The translations under genes were made by a program, and so were the position numbers. This document shows positions 49,392 through 60,528 of a DNA stretch of 64,000 nucleotides, one piece after another (position 1 is the first letter of the stretch; each line of letters begins with the position of its first letter). A model generated the notes under the pieces. It searched no databases, had not been told where the DNA came from, and saw only the letters and a list, made by a program, of their open reading frames with translations. The stretch is from Acidobacteriota bacterium. Its GTDB lineage: Bacteria; Acidobacteriota; UBA890; WLXD01. The stretch is taken from assembly GCA_963666215.2 (NCBI GenBank), contig CAXWPL010000004.1:160001-224000 (forward strand), in the 5' to 3' direction.

Positions 49392-51280
49392 TACCAGTCC
49401 TTCTTCGGCTTGCGGCCGCGGGCCGCGGCGCGACGGGTGCGCTCGACCTCGTTCGGGTCTTCCTGAATCGCCTGCAGCAACCGCTCGGCTTCCTCGCGAG
49501 TGAGCTCTCCGGGCGCCTGTTGCTGACCTTCCTGTTGATCTTCTTCGCCCTGTTGCGCGGGAGATTGTTGTTGCTCGCCCGCTTCCTGCTCCTCCTGTTG
49601 ATCTTGCTGGTCAGGCTGTTGCTCCTGCTCGTCCTGCCCCTGTTGGTCCTGCCCCTGCTGGTCCTGCTGCTGGTCGCCTTCTTGCCCGTCTTGCTGCTGC
49701 TGATCTTGTTCGCTTTGTTGATCCTCACCGTCCTGGGGTTCGGACTCGTCGTCTTCGCCATCGCCCTGCTGCTGAGGTTGTTGTTCCTGTTGCTGCATCT
49801 GCTCCAGCACGCGCTCGAGATTGTGCTTGGCATCGGTGTCGCCAGGCGCGAGCCTCAGGGCCTGCTTGTATGCGTCGAGGCTGTCGTCGAGCTGTTGCTC
49901 GCGGTACAGGGCGTTTCCCAGGTTGTACCAAGCGTCCGACAGCAAGCTCGGGTCGCCGCTGTCGATCGCCGCGCGGTAGGCGTCGAGGGCACGCTGGTAG
50001 TCCTGGTTTTGGTAGAGGGCGTTGCCGTCGTTGAAGCGAATCAGTGGCGAGCCGGGTGCCGCGCGCAAGGCCTCGAGATAGCGCTCGTGCGCCTCGGCAA
50101 ACCGGCCCTCCTCGTACAGCCGATTTCCCTGCTCGACGTCGGCCCGCCCAGCCTGGGCAAACGCCCATCCAGGGGTCGCGAGAACGAGCATGGCGATGGC
50201 AGCGGCGGCAATACCACCGATCGCCCTAGCCGCCACGCCCGAGCGAATCGGCTGAGCGGGGCGCACGACGCGCCTCCTGGGTAGCAAGGCTTCGACGATC
50301 AACGCCAGAATCGCGAGTCCGAGGGCAAACTGGAACTGCTCATCGAACTGGGTGATCTCGCGCGTCTCGATCTCACGCCCGCCGAGCGTGGCGAGATCTT
50401 CGACCAGCGCGTCGAGCTCGCTGGCCGCTGGCGTGCTGCGGTAATGCCGCCCCCCGGTCAGACGCGAGATCTGCATCAAGACGGCCTCGTCGAGCCGCGT
50501 GGTCACCACGCTCCCCTGCTCGTCGCGCTTGAAGCCACGCCGCTGGCCGCGCTCGTCGAACTCTGGAATCGGGACACCATCCGGCGAGCCCACGCCCACC
50601 GTATAGATGCGCACACCAGCCGTCCGAGCCCGCTCGACGGCGGCGTCGATCTCACCCTCATGATCCTCGCCATCGGTCACCACCACGACAACGCGGTGCT
50701 CACGTGTATCGGGCATGCCGGGCTTGGTGCGGAAGCCGTCGAGCGCTACCGATAAGGCCTCGCCCAGATTGGTCCCCTGCACGGGCACCAAATCTGGATC
50801 CATGGCGTTGAGGAACAATCTGGCCGCCCCGTAGTCGGTGGTCAACGGACTCTGTACGAACGCCTGTCCAGCGAACGCCACCAGACCAATTCGGTCGCCT
50901 TCGAGCCGCTGGATCAACCTCTGGATCTCGATCTTCGAGCGCTCGAGCCGGTTCGGGCCAACGTCCTCGGCAAGCATCGAGCGCGACACGTCCAAAGCGA
51001 CCACGATGTCGTTGCCCTCGCGCCGTACGGTCTCGACGCGGGTCCCGAACTGCGGGCGGGCCAACGCCACCACGAGAAGCCCGAGCGCCAAGACCAGCAG
51101 CACCGCCCTCGCGGCGCGCGCTCGGTGGTGAACCGTTTCGGTCATTCGGTGCATCAGAGCCGGGTCGCCAAAGCGAGCCAAGGCCCGCGTGCGCACAGTG
51201 CGGGCGTACCACAGCAACGCCGTGGCAAGCGGCACGAGCAGTAGCGCATAGAGCGCTGTGGACTCTCCCCACCTGAACAT
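49391..51280 (-). CDS. batB: BatB-BatC fusion (VWA + TPR + Gln-rich tail)
   Basis: DVSRSM MIDAS, TDGEDH, TPR WYNLGNALY, Q/E-rich linker, AERLLQAI...KDW. Confidence 0.85.
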   Translation of the reverse strand: MFRWGESTALYALLLVPLATALLWYARTVRTRALARFGDPALMHRMTETVHHRARAARAVLLVLALGLLVVALARPQFGTRVETVRREGNDIVVALDVSRSMLAEDVGPNRLERSKIEIQRLIQRLEGDRIGLVAFAGQAFVQSPLTTDYGAARLFLNAMDPDLVPVQGTNLGEALSVALDGFRTKPGMPDTREHRVVVVVTDGEDHEGEIDAAVERARTAGVRIYTVGVGSPDGVPIPEFDERGQRRGFKRDEQGSVVTTRLDEAVLMQISRLTGGRHYRSTPAASELDALVEDLATLGGREIETREITQFDEQFQFALGLAILALIVEALLPRRRVVRPAQPIRSGVAARAIGGIAAAAIAMLVLATPGWAFAQAGRADVEQGNRLYEEGRFAEAHERYLEALRAAPGSPLIRFNDGNALYQNQDYQRALDAYRAAIDSGDPSLLSDAWYNLGNALYREQQLDDSLDAYKQALRLAPGDTDAKHNLERVLEQMQQQEQQPQQQGDGEDDESEPQDGEDQQSEQDQQQQDGQEGDQQQDQQGQDQQGQDEQEQQPDQQDQQEEQEAGEQQQSPAQQGEEDQQEGQQQAPGELTREEAERLLQAIQEDPNEVERTRRAAARGRKPKKDW

Positions 51281-51303
51281 CGTCAGTAGTTCCTAAGTAG
51301 TCC

Positions 51304-52296
51304 CTAGGGCAGCTTGCGAAGCAAGGTGTTGGCCAAACCGGTCTCGACCACCAGAAGCAGCAGGCCGAACACCAGCGGAATATGGAACAACTCGCCGTAG
51401 CGAGTGAAGCTCTGCACCTCGATCTCGGTGGTCTCGAGCTCATCGATCTCCGCGTAGATGCTCTGCAAGCTCTCGGTATCGGTGGCGCGAAAGTAACGGG
51501 CGCCGGTCGTGTCGGCCACTTCCTGCAGTGTGGCCTCATCAACATCCACCGCGATGGTCGCGTAACGCCGGCCGAACATCGGATCGTCCACGGGAATCCT
51601 CGCCGTGCCCTGAGAGCCAACTCCAATCGTGTAAACCCGCACGTCGAGCGCCTGCGCCATCTGCGCCGCCGTCACCGGATCGATCTCGCCGCGGTTGTTG
51701 CGCCCGTCGGTGAGCAACACCACCACCTTCGACTCCGCGCGACTCGACTGCAGGCGTTTGAGCGCGGTCGCCAAACCCATGCCGACGGCCGTTCCGTCTT
51801 TCACCATGCCGACCTCGAGCTCGCCCATCAGCTCGGCGACGACATCGTAGTCGAGCGTCAGCGGCACCTGGGTGAACGCCTGGCCGCCGAAGACAACCAG
51901 CCCGATGCGATCGTTGCGCCGCCCTTGCACGAAGTCGGCCGCGACGACCTTGGCGGCCTCGAGTCGGTTGGGCTGCAGATCCTCGGCGAGCATCGAGCTG
52001 GAAATGTCGATGGCCAGCACGATGTCGATGCCCTCGGTCAACACCTCCTCTTCGGTCACCCCTGTCTGTGGCCGCGCGAAGGCAACGATCAGCGCCGCGA
52101 GTGCCAGCAGCCGTAGAACCGGAAGAACACGACGCCACCGTCCGGTCGAGGCGCCGCCCGAGGCAACCACGGCTCCGAGACCCGGATAGCGCAGTGTGCC
52201 GCCCCGACGCCAGCGCCGGGCCATGTACACGTAGGCAAGCACCGGCAACGCGAGCAGCAAGGCCAAATAGAGCGGGTCGGCGAAACGATCGATCAT
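51304..52296 (-). CDS. batA: BatA VWA domain protein
   Basis: ARPQ, DISSSM, GTAVGMGL, LLTDGRNN, and YFRAT motifs. Confidence 0.9.
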   Translation of the reverse strand: MIDRFADPLYLALLLALPVLAYVYMARRWRRGGTLRYPGLGAVVASGGASTGRWRRVLPVLRLLALAALIVAFARPQTGVTEEEVLTEGIDIVLAIDISSSMLAEDLQPNRLEAAKVVAADFVQGRRNDRIGLVVFGGQAFTQVPLTLDYDVVAELMGELEVGMVKDGTAVGMGLATALKRLQSSRAESKVVVLLTDGRNNRGEIDPVTAAQMAQALDVRVYTIGVGSQGTARIPVDDPMFGRRYATIAVDVDEATLQEVADTTGARYFRATDTESLQSIYAEIDELETTEIEVQSFTRYGELFHIPLVFGLLLLVVETGLANTLLRKLP

Positions 52297-52306
52297 CGGC
52301 GTTCAA

Positions 52307-53452
52307 TCACTGGCTGAGCTCGCCCGCAGGAACACCGTCGATCGCCTCGGCCATGTCGATCTCCTGAGCATCTCCACCGGCTCCGACAGCGCCAGGATCT
52401 TCTACAGCGCGCACCGCGGGCCGTATCGCACGCGTGGCCTCGACCAGATGGCGCGCCTCCTGCGTAAGACGCCGGCAGGCGTCGTCGGACGGCCGGTGCT
52501 TGGCGAACTTCACGAGATCCGATTCGTCGAGCAGGCGGCCGAAGCCGCCGAGAATCTCGCCGCTGAGCTCGAGCGCGGCAAGATCGCGCATGGTCTCGCT
52601 GGTGGTCTCTTCGAGGGCCGCAACCTGGAACTGTCCTTCGATGTAAACGCGCACGATCTCGGATGCACGCGTGTAGTACTCCTTGAGCTCGCCGCGCTGC
52701 AGGAGCGACGAGGTCTCGAGCGCGGCAAGAGCTTCGAGCGCGACCTCGTGGGCTGGCCGTGTGGGCGCTGTGGGCGCTGTGGGCGCCGCGACCTCGGGAG
52801 CGGCGCTCTGTTTACGGGCGGCCAGCCAGCGCCAAAGCCACCATGTCGCGAGAGCGAGCACGAGCAGTAACACCGCCCAGGGCCAAAGCAGCAGCAGGCG
52901 CCGCTCGATCGAGCGCGGGCCCCGCAGGTTGCGGATATCGCCGTCCTCATCGAGACCGACCGAGGCAACGACCACGCCGAACACGTTGCTGGAGAGCGTC
53001 GTCTCACTCGCGTCAGCGCCAACCACAACAACATCGATGCTCGGAATCTCGAGCTCGCCGAGCTCGAAGGGGGCGAGCACCAGCTCGGCCGTCGAGCGTA
53101 CGCGCCTCCCACCCTCCGGGCCCTCCACGCTCTCGGCTCTTTCCGGCAACGCCACCGGCGGCTGCGCCTGTGCCTCGATGAGCTCGAACGACCCCGGATC
53201 GATCGACTCCGGCCACCGCACGCTGGCCTCGGCATCGTGCTCGACGGCCAGTGTGAGCCGAATGCGATCGCCAACATGCACATCGACATTGTCGAGATCG
53301 ATGTCGATGTTGGCACTCAGTCGCGGTTCGACGCCCTGCTGCACACTCGCGGCGTTCGCCGCTGAACCCACAAGAACAGCGAGCAGGAGCAGGAGCGTCG
53401 CGAGCGTCGCAGCTCGGATCGCCGCCGATTTCCCGCGCCCGTTCTCACTCAT
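52307..53452 (-). CDS. Bat operon membrane protein
   Basis: Ig-like domain, transmembrane helix, ALEETTSE and DLVKFAK motifs; lies between DUF58 and batA. Confidence 0.8.
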   Translation of the reverse strand: MSENGRGKSAAIRAATLATLLLLLAVLVGSAANAASVQQGVEPRLSANIDIDLDNVDVHVGDRIRLTLAVEHDAEASVRWPESIDPGSFELIEAQAQPPVALPERAESVEGPEGGRRVRSTAELVLAPFELGELEIPSIDVVVVGADASETTLSSNVFGVVVASVGLDEDGDIRNLRGPRSIERRLLLLWPWAVLLLVLALATWWLWRWLAARKQSAAPEVAAPTAPTAPTRPAHEVALEALAALETSSLLQRGELKEYYTRASEIVRVYIEGQFQVAALEETTSETMRDLAALELSGEILGGFGRLLDESDLVKFAKHRPSDDACRRLTQEARHLVEATRAIRPAVRAVEDPGAVGAGGDAQEIDMAEAIDGVPAGELSQ

Positions 53453-54335
53453 CGCAGCCGACGCGCGCGATCGTGGAAGAAACGAACCAGTGGGTTGACG
53501 TACGGCTCGTCGGCGCGGACGTCGATGACGTCGACTTTCGATCGCCGGAAGAGCTGCGTGCGGGCCTCGCGCGCGCTCGTCAGATGCTCCTCGAAAACTC
53601 GGCGGAACGTGGGGTCCGAGGTGTTCACCACCATCACTTCGCCGCTCTCGGGGTCTTCGATCTCGACGTAACCGAGCGCCGGCAATGAGCTCTCGCGGCG
53701 ATCGGCAACACGCACCGCGATCATGTCGTGCCGGCGGCCCGCGATCGCCAGCGCCCGATCGTATCCAGAGGCCAGGAAATCGCTGACGAGAAACACCACC
53801 GCCTTGCGGCGCGTCACATGCATCAGGTATTCGAGCGCACCCGCGATGTCGGTGCCACGGCCGGCGGGGCGGTGAAACAGCATCTCGCGCAGCAACCGCA
53901 ACACGTGCCGTCGGCCCTTGCGCGGCGGCACGAACTTCTCGATGCGGTCGCTGAAGATCATCAGCCCGACCTTGTCGTTGTTGTTGATGGCACTGAACGC
54001 CAGCAGAGCGCAGATCTCCACCGCCACCTCGCCTTTCGTGCGCTTGCCGCTGCCGAAGTCGCCCGAAGCGCTCACATCCACCATCAAGAGGACCGTCAGC
54101 TCGCGCTCCTCTTCGAACACCTTGACGTGCGGCGAGCCTGTGCGCGCGGTGACATTCCAGTCGATGCTGCGGATGTCGTCGCCGTAGTGGTACTCGCGGA
54201 CTTCGGCGAAGCTCACACCGCGGCCCTTGAAGACGGAGTGATACTCGCCCGAGAAAATCTCGTTCACCAGGCCCCGCGTCGAGATCTCGATGCGGCGCAC
54301 GGCGCTGAGGATGGGAGTGAGAACCTCGCGAGGAA

Positions 54336-54339
<4 letters not shown>
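53449..54339 (-). CDS. DUF58 domain protein
   Basis: FKGRGVSFAEVREY..GDDIRSIDWNVTAR and EEEREL motifs. Confidence 0.93.
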
Positions 54340-55325
<986 letters not shown>

Positions 55326-55522
55326 TAGGTTTTTTCGTGTTTGCAGAGATCGGATGTCAAGGGTTGGACGATCGGCCGCGGCAAATGGACGAACCTCGAT
55401 AGCCGCGCCCGCGAAATTTCAACAGAACCCGCTCCCGCTCGCGAAGTGCAACGATAGAGCAACCTGGTCGAATCCATAGGACCAGCTCCACGGGCTCGGA
55501 CCCATAGGCACGGCTTCACAGG

Positions 55523-55555
55523 CTCGTATCCATGAATCTCGTATCCATGAATCTC
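55523..55555. repeat. 15-bp tandem repeat (CTCGTATCCATGAAT x2.2)
   Basis: Read directly in the divergent intergenic region. Confidence 0.8.
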
Positions 55556-55628
55556 ATCTCCAAGATCTCGGGTCCATCGATCCAGAGGCGACACCATGCG
55601 ACGAGCGCCGCGAGTCCCGTGAGACGGC

Positions 55629-56141
55629 ATGGCTGACAAACGACGGTGGGCAATGATCGGGGCGGCCACCGTCACGGTAGCGGCCCTTGCCGGCATCAGC
55701 TTGTCGGCAGTGCTGTTCAACCGCTGGAGCGAGGTCTCGAGCGTCGACGAGTCCGCAGCCGAGCGGGCTTTCGCGCGCGAGCGGAAGGCCGCGGGTGGCG
55801 GGCCTGCCTACGTGGAAATCAGCCCTTCCGGACAGGTCAGTGTGCGGACTGAGCTCGAGCTCGACACCCCGATCAGGCTGACAACGCTACACCTGTTGGC
55901 CTGGCAGCCACAGGCGCGCAATCTCCTGCGCATCGCGTTCCCGATGTGGTTCGTGCGCGTCAAGATGAGCCGCGCCATCAACCTCGGAACGCTGACATCG
56001 GTGCTCGCCGGCGACTGGGGTCAGATCAACCTGACGGTTTCTGTGGAGGAGCTCGAACGCCGTGGCCCCGGAGTTGTGCTCGACCACCGTCTGAGCGGCG
56101 GCGGGCGGATTCTGCTGTGGACCGCAGCCGAGCAGCAATAG
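55629..56141 (+). CDS. Hypothetical membrane-anchored protein
   Basis: 170 aa ORF with an N-terminal transmembrane segment. Confidence 0.65.
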   Translation: MADKRRWAMIGAATVTVAALAGISLSAVLFNRWSEVSSVDESAAERAFARERKAAGGGPAYVEISPSGQVSVRTELELDTPIRLTTLHLLAWQPQARNLLRIAFPMWFVRVKMSRAINLGTLTSVLAGDWGQINLTVSVEELERRGPGVVLDHRLSGGGRILLWTAAEQQ

Positions 56142-56353
56142 GTGCGGTCGGCCCCACCCGCTACGGCCGTCGGCCTCACCCTCCGCACACCAGCCACCAG
56201 CCGATCGAGCGCCGCCACTTGCGACGTGCCCCGACCGTCGGCGACAATGCGGCCGCTCGCGCCGAGTGTCCGCGAGCTCAGCCTGCCAAGACGCTCGTGG
56301 TGGGGTCGACCGGCAACACCGGACGAGCCGACCAAAGCAAGGGAGACCTCCAA

Positions 56354-56764
56354 GTGAACCCAAAGCGCGCTTTTCTCGCTGTCGCGGTCGTGCTGCTCGC
56401 GTCCACCGCGCTCGCATCGTTGGCGGCTCCGGCCGCGCAGGGCGCGGCCAAGGTCATGGTCGTGCTCGGCTGCAACGGACAGAACGTCAGCATCAGCGTC
56501 AACCCGTTCCACGGCCATGCCGAGCCGGGGGAGACGTTCACGTGGCGTGGCGTCGGCGGGGATCCTGGCCCGTTCATGGTCGTGCCGACCAACCCGGCGG
56601 CCTTCCCGTGGGACCTCTCGAACGGGGGCACGAGCGACGCCGACAGAACCGTCACTGCGACGCCGAACGCGAAGATGACCGAAGAAGGCGACCACTACTA
56701 CAGGGTGCAGTTCGACTGCAACGGACCGAAATCGTCGACCGACCCGGTTCGCGCTCCAGCCTAG
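56354..56764 (+). CDS. Hypothetical secreted protein
   Basis: GTG start with GGGAG RBS; signal peptide; two Cys; beta-rich composition. Confidence 0.6.
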   Translation: MNPKRAFLAVAVVLLASTALASLAAPAAQGAAKVMVVLGCNGQNVSISVNPFHGHAEPGETFTWRGVGGDPGPFMVVPTNPAAFPWDLSNGGTSDADRTVTATPNAKMTEEGDHYYRVQFDCNGPKSSTDPVRAPA

Positions 56765-57969
56765 TTCACGACCTCGGCCCCACGGTCGGTCACGCTAGCG
56801 AAAACGCGCGCCGCGATCTCACGGAAGGCCAACGCCGTGGGGCTATCGGGATGCGAGATCACATATGGCGTGCCCGCGTCGCCCGCTTCGGCGATGCTCG
56901 GATCGATGGGAATGGCGCCCAGGAAGGGCACGTCCAGGTCGGCTGCGGTGCGCCGCCCGCCGTCCTTGCGGAAGATGTGCGCCTCATGCCCACAGCTCGG
57001 GCAGTGATAGACGGACATGTTCTCGACGATGCCGAGGACCGGCACATCGACCTCCTGGAACATCGCCAGGCCCTTGCGAGCGTCGATCAGCGCGACGTCC
57101 TGCGGAGTGGTGACAATCACGGCGCCGTCGAGCGGAGCCGACTGCGTCAGCGTGAGCTGCGCGTCGCCCGTGCCGGGCGGCAGGTCGATGATCAGGGTCT
57201 CGGCGCCGCGCCAATCGACGTCGCGGAGAAACTGGCGGATCGCCTTCATGATCAACGGACCGCGCCAGATAACCGGCTCGTCCTCCGGCTGCACGAAACC
57301 GAGCGACATCAGCTGCATGCCGAACTTGTGGATGGGCACGATCACCCGCCGCCCCTCGAGCTCGCTGATCTCAGGCTCTTCATGCGTTCCGAGCATCGTC
57401 GGCACCGACGGCCCGTAGATATCGGCGTCCATCAATCCCACCTTCTCGCCGAGCTGGCCCAACGCCGCTGCCAAGTTGACCGCTACCGTTGACTTGCCGA
57501 CGCCTCCCTTGCCCGACGCCACCGCGATGACGCGGCTGACGCCGTCGATTGGCTCCCGGTTGATCACCGGTCCGGGTCGGGCACCAGGGCTACCGGGGCT
57601 ACCGGGACCCGGCTGGCCTCCCGGAGGTCCCGCCAACGGTGAGCCGCCGGGGTGAGGTTTCGCTCCTCCCGCCGCTCCTGGAACCGCGGCGGCCTGCCGA
57701 GCTCCTCCCGGCTGGGCCGAGATGGGCGCCACCACGTCGAGCTTGACGCTTTCGATGCCGCCAATCGCCTCGATGACCGATCGAGATTCGCGCGCGATCT
57801 GGTCGACGGCTTCCGCCGACCCGGAGGGCACGTTGAGCCGCAACGCCACGGCGGCGCCGCAGATGGTGATCGACTCCACGAGTCCGAACGAGACGATGTC
57901 GCGTGGCAGGCCTGGAAACCGCACCAGGCTGAGCGCGGCTCGAATTTGGTCTTCGGTTACTTGCGCCAC
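56761..57969 (-). CDS. mrp: Mrp/NBP35 (ApbC) Fe-S carrier ATPase
   Basis: SGKGGVGKST, DADIYGPS, WRGP, DLPPGTGD, ENMS..CPSC; N-terminal DUF59-like domain with Gly/Pro linker. Confidence 0.93.
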   Translation of the reverse strand: MAQVTEDQIRAALSLVRFPGLPRDIVSFGLVESITICGAAVALRLNVPSGSAEAVDQIARESRSVIEAIGGIESVKLDVVAPISAQPGGARQAAAVPGAAGGAKPHPGGSPLAGPPGGQPGPGSPGSPGARPGPVINREPIDGVSRVIAVASGKGGVGKSTVAVNLAAALGQLGEKVGLMDADIYGPSVPTMLGTHEEPEISELEGRRVIVPIHKFGMQLMSLGFVQPEDEPVIWRGPLIMKAIRQFLRDVDWRGAETLIIDLPPGTGDAQLTLTQSAPLDGAVIVTTPQDVALIDARKGLAMFQEVDVPVLGIVENMSVYHCPSCGHEAHIFRKDGGRRTAADLDVPFLGAIPIDPSIAEAGDAGTPYVISHPDSPTALAFREIAARVFASVTDRGAEVVN

Positions 57970-58328
57970 GGAATCCCTCTAGCCTGCCGCATGAAACGTG
58001 GAGCGGCGTGTCGGAACAAACAAAAGGCCTTCGCCGAGCGAGTTCAGGGCGAGCCGGAGCTGGAATTCTACTGTCAGTGCCTCCGCACCGTCGGTCCGGG
58101 GCGCCGCATCGGCGTCGATCGGCAGTTACCTGAACTTTCGGGCCGACGACCCGTTGTATCGCTCAAACCCGTCGTCTATATTCCACCGACGCTTGACATG
58201 GGTCACCGCAATTTTCGTCCAATCTGCCGCGTTCCTTCGGAGTTAGGGGTGACTCCGGAGTCCCCTGCCCTGCTCGACTGCAAGCGGGCGGACTGCGCGA
58301 CGGACGCTGAAACCCGGGAGGTATGTGC

Positions 58329-58691
58329 ATGGCCCTTGAGGCTTCATTACCGGCACCATTCGAACTTGTTTCCACCGCAACGAATCGCTTGCCGGTCTCT
58401 GAGCAATGGACCGACCTAGAGGCTTACCGACAGCTGTACGTCTCGATTATCCAGCTCGCCATCAAGGACTATGAATTCCTCCGCCGCATCATCGAGCAGA
58501 ATGCGCTCACTCCCTCCGAGCGCAAGAAGCTGCGCGGCCTCGCAGAAGATTCCGATCCGGTGGAGTTCTTCAACTCTCGCTGGTTCGAGGACATCTGCGG
58601 CATGATCGGGGTTCACCCGCAGGCCATCCGCGAGCGCCTCGAGATCACGCCCGACATCGAGTTGCTGCCGCTGCCGCCACATCTGGCCTAG
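58329..58691 (+). CDS. Hypothetical protein
   Basis: GGAGG RBS 7 nt before ATG 58329; helical 120 aa protein (IIQLAIKDY...FFNSRWFEDIC). Confidence 0.7.
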   Translation: MALEASLPAPFELVSTATNRLPVSEQWTDLEAYRQLYVSIIQLAIKDYEFLRRIIEQNALTPSERKKLRGLAEDSDPVEFFNSRWFEDICGMIGVHPQAIRERLEITPDIELLPLPPHLA

Positions 58692-58755
58692 TAGGGCATA
58701 GCGGCCAACCGTCACGCGCACCCGAATCGGTGGTTTTTCGAGCCGGGGGTTGATT

Positions 58756-58773
58756 AACAGACATTTGTCTGTT
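58756..58773. promoter_or_regulatory. Putative LexA box AACAGACA-TT-TGTCTGTT upstream of lexA
   Basis: Palindrome immediately after a TTGATT -35-like hexamer; identical copy at 62332-62349. Confidence 0.8.
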
Positions 58774-58825
58774 TTATTGAACTGCTCCGTACGACTCACG
58801 CCAAGTCGCACTAAGGAAGCAGCTC

Positions 58826-59488
58826 ATGACCCCACGTACGCCTCCCGGGCAGACCCGAGAACGCATCTTCCGCTTCGTTCGTGACCGCCTACTCGAGGGT
58901 CGTCCTCCGACCCTACGCGAGGTGCAGAGCGCCTTCGATTTCAAGGCGGTGGAGTCGGCAAGAGCGCACCTGGCCGAGCTGGTGAGCGAGGGCCGGCTGA
59001 TCAAGGACGGCAACAAGGCACGCGGCTATCGTCTTCCCGATCAAGCCAACGTCGTACCGCCGCTGCAGGTGCCACTGCTCGGTAGCGTCCCCGCCGGGCC
59101 GTTGAACCTGGCGATCGAAGAGGTCGAAAGCTACCTGCCCGTGTGGCCGCGCTTTCACGGCTGTGAGCTGTTCGCGCTGCGCATCGATGGCGACAGCATG
59201 CGCGACGCCGGCATCATGCACGGCGACATCGTCATCGTCCGCAAACAGGCCACCGCCGATCCCGGCGACATCGTGGTGGCGCTCATCGGTGACGAAGCCA
59301 CCGTCAAGACCCTCTATAGAGAGGGGCGGCGTATCGAGTTGCGGCCGCAGAACCCCGAGTACACCCCGATCGTTCCCAATCCCGAAGAGTTGGTGCTGCT
59401 CGGCAAGGTCATCGAGGTGCGCCGTCACCTCGATGAAGACACCCCGCCGCTACTGAGATCCATTCCTGGAGGCCGAACAACCTCCTGA
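58826..59488 (+). CDS. lexA: Transcriptional repressor LexA
   Basis: PPTLRE wHTH, VPAG cleavage site, GDSM catalytic Ser, ATVK catalytic Lys. Confidence 0.95.
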   Translation: MTPRTPPGQTRERIFRFVRDRLLEGRPPTLREVQSAFDFKAVESARAHLAELVSEGRLIKDGNKARGYRLPDQANVVPPLQVPLLGSVPAGPLNLAIEEVESYLPVWPRFHGCELFALRIDGDSMRDAGIMHGDIVIVRKQATADPGDIVVALIGDEATVKTLYREGRRIELRPQNPEYTPIVPNPEELVLLGKVIEVRRHLDEDTPPLLRSIPGGRTTS

Positions 59489-59540
59489 AGCTCACGCCGT
59501 TATGGCGCCATTCGACCCCTCTCTCTAAAGACTTCTTCCG

Positions 59541-60284
59541 ATGTCCCTACGCACCCAATCTGCCCTCCAAGCTCTGTCCGGCGTCGTTCGCGCCATGCGG
59601 CTCGGGACGGCCGGCGAGCTCGAGTCCACCCCCGCAGGCTGGAGCCTGCAAGAGCTCTCCGGCCGACTCACCGAGCTTTCGGGCAGCAACGACGGCGCCT
59701 GCCTGACCCTTGCGATCTCGATGGTTCTCGATGCCCAGCTTCAGGGTGAAACGGTCGCCTGGGTCAGCAGCATCGACAGCACCTTCTACCCACCCGACGT
59801 ACACGACAGCGGCGTCGATCTCGATGCCCTGGCCGTGATTCGCGTTCCCGACACTCGCGACATCGTGCATGCCACCGACAAGCTGGCGCGCTCCGGTGCT
59901 TTCGGCCTCGTGGTCTTCGATCTCGCTTCGAAAAGCGGCCCTTATTCCAGTAATTCCAGTAGCTCTGGCGGTTCCACTAGCTTCGGCCACCACGATAGTC
60001 GCACCCGGAGATCGGGCCAGCGCTGGAGTCAACAAGTCCCTACTGCGATGCAATCGCGCCTCCGCAGCCTCGCACAGACCCACGACATGGCGATCCTCTG
60101 CCTCACGCACAAGTACGCGTCGTCACCATCACTCGGCTCGCTGGTTTCACTGCGCGGCGAGGCACGCCGAGAGCGGATCGGCAACGACCGCTTTGCCTGT
60201 CACCTCAACATCATCAAGGACAAACGCCGCGGCCCCGGCTGGCAACAGCAGCAAGTGTGCCGAGGTCCCGACGGCCTGTACTGA
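59541..60284 (+). CDS. imuA: ImuA (RecA-like) translesion accessory protein
   Basis: RecA-like core (GRLTELSG, GVDLDAL, ARSGAFGLVVFD, SLGSLVSLR) lacking the Walker A Lys; cassette context. Confidence 0.8.
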   Translation: MSLRTQSALQALSGVVRAMRLGTAGELESTPAGWSLQELSGRLTELSGSNDGACLTLAISMVLDAQLQGETVAWVSSIDSTFYPPDVHDSGVDLDALAVIRVPDTRDIVHATDKLARSGAFGLVVFDLASKSGPYSSNSSSSGGSTSFGHHDSRTRRSGQRWSQQVPTAMQSRLRSLAQTHDMAILCLTHKYASSPSLGSLVSLRGEARRERIGNDRFACHLNIIKDKRRGPGWQQQQVCRGPDGLY

Positions 60285-60528
60285 CGACAAGCGTCGCCTT
60301 CATCCGTCCCAATCCGTGCCCTCAACAACCAGCCCAGTACCCGACAAGAGCGAGCTCACACCTCGAGCCCGCGTATTTCTCGAAGCCATCTGCGGCAGTC
60401 CAGATCAAAGTTCAAAGAGGGAGGCAAACAACGCAGCGCCGAGGGGCGAAAAGGAGCCACGCGACACAGGCGATCGGGGGCGATCGTCTGGTAGCGAGGT
60501 TTCTACTCCCCCCCTGCGGGGCGGCAGG

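Noticed and set aside
52759-52787. 9-bp tandem repeat (TGTGGGCGC x3)
   Set aside because: It encodes an in-frame APT linker; not a CRISPR or regulatory repeat.
59541-60284. Calling this gene recA
   Set aside because: Too short, lacks the GPESSGKT Walker A, and its position in the cassette identifies it as ImuA.
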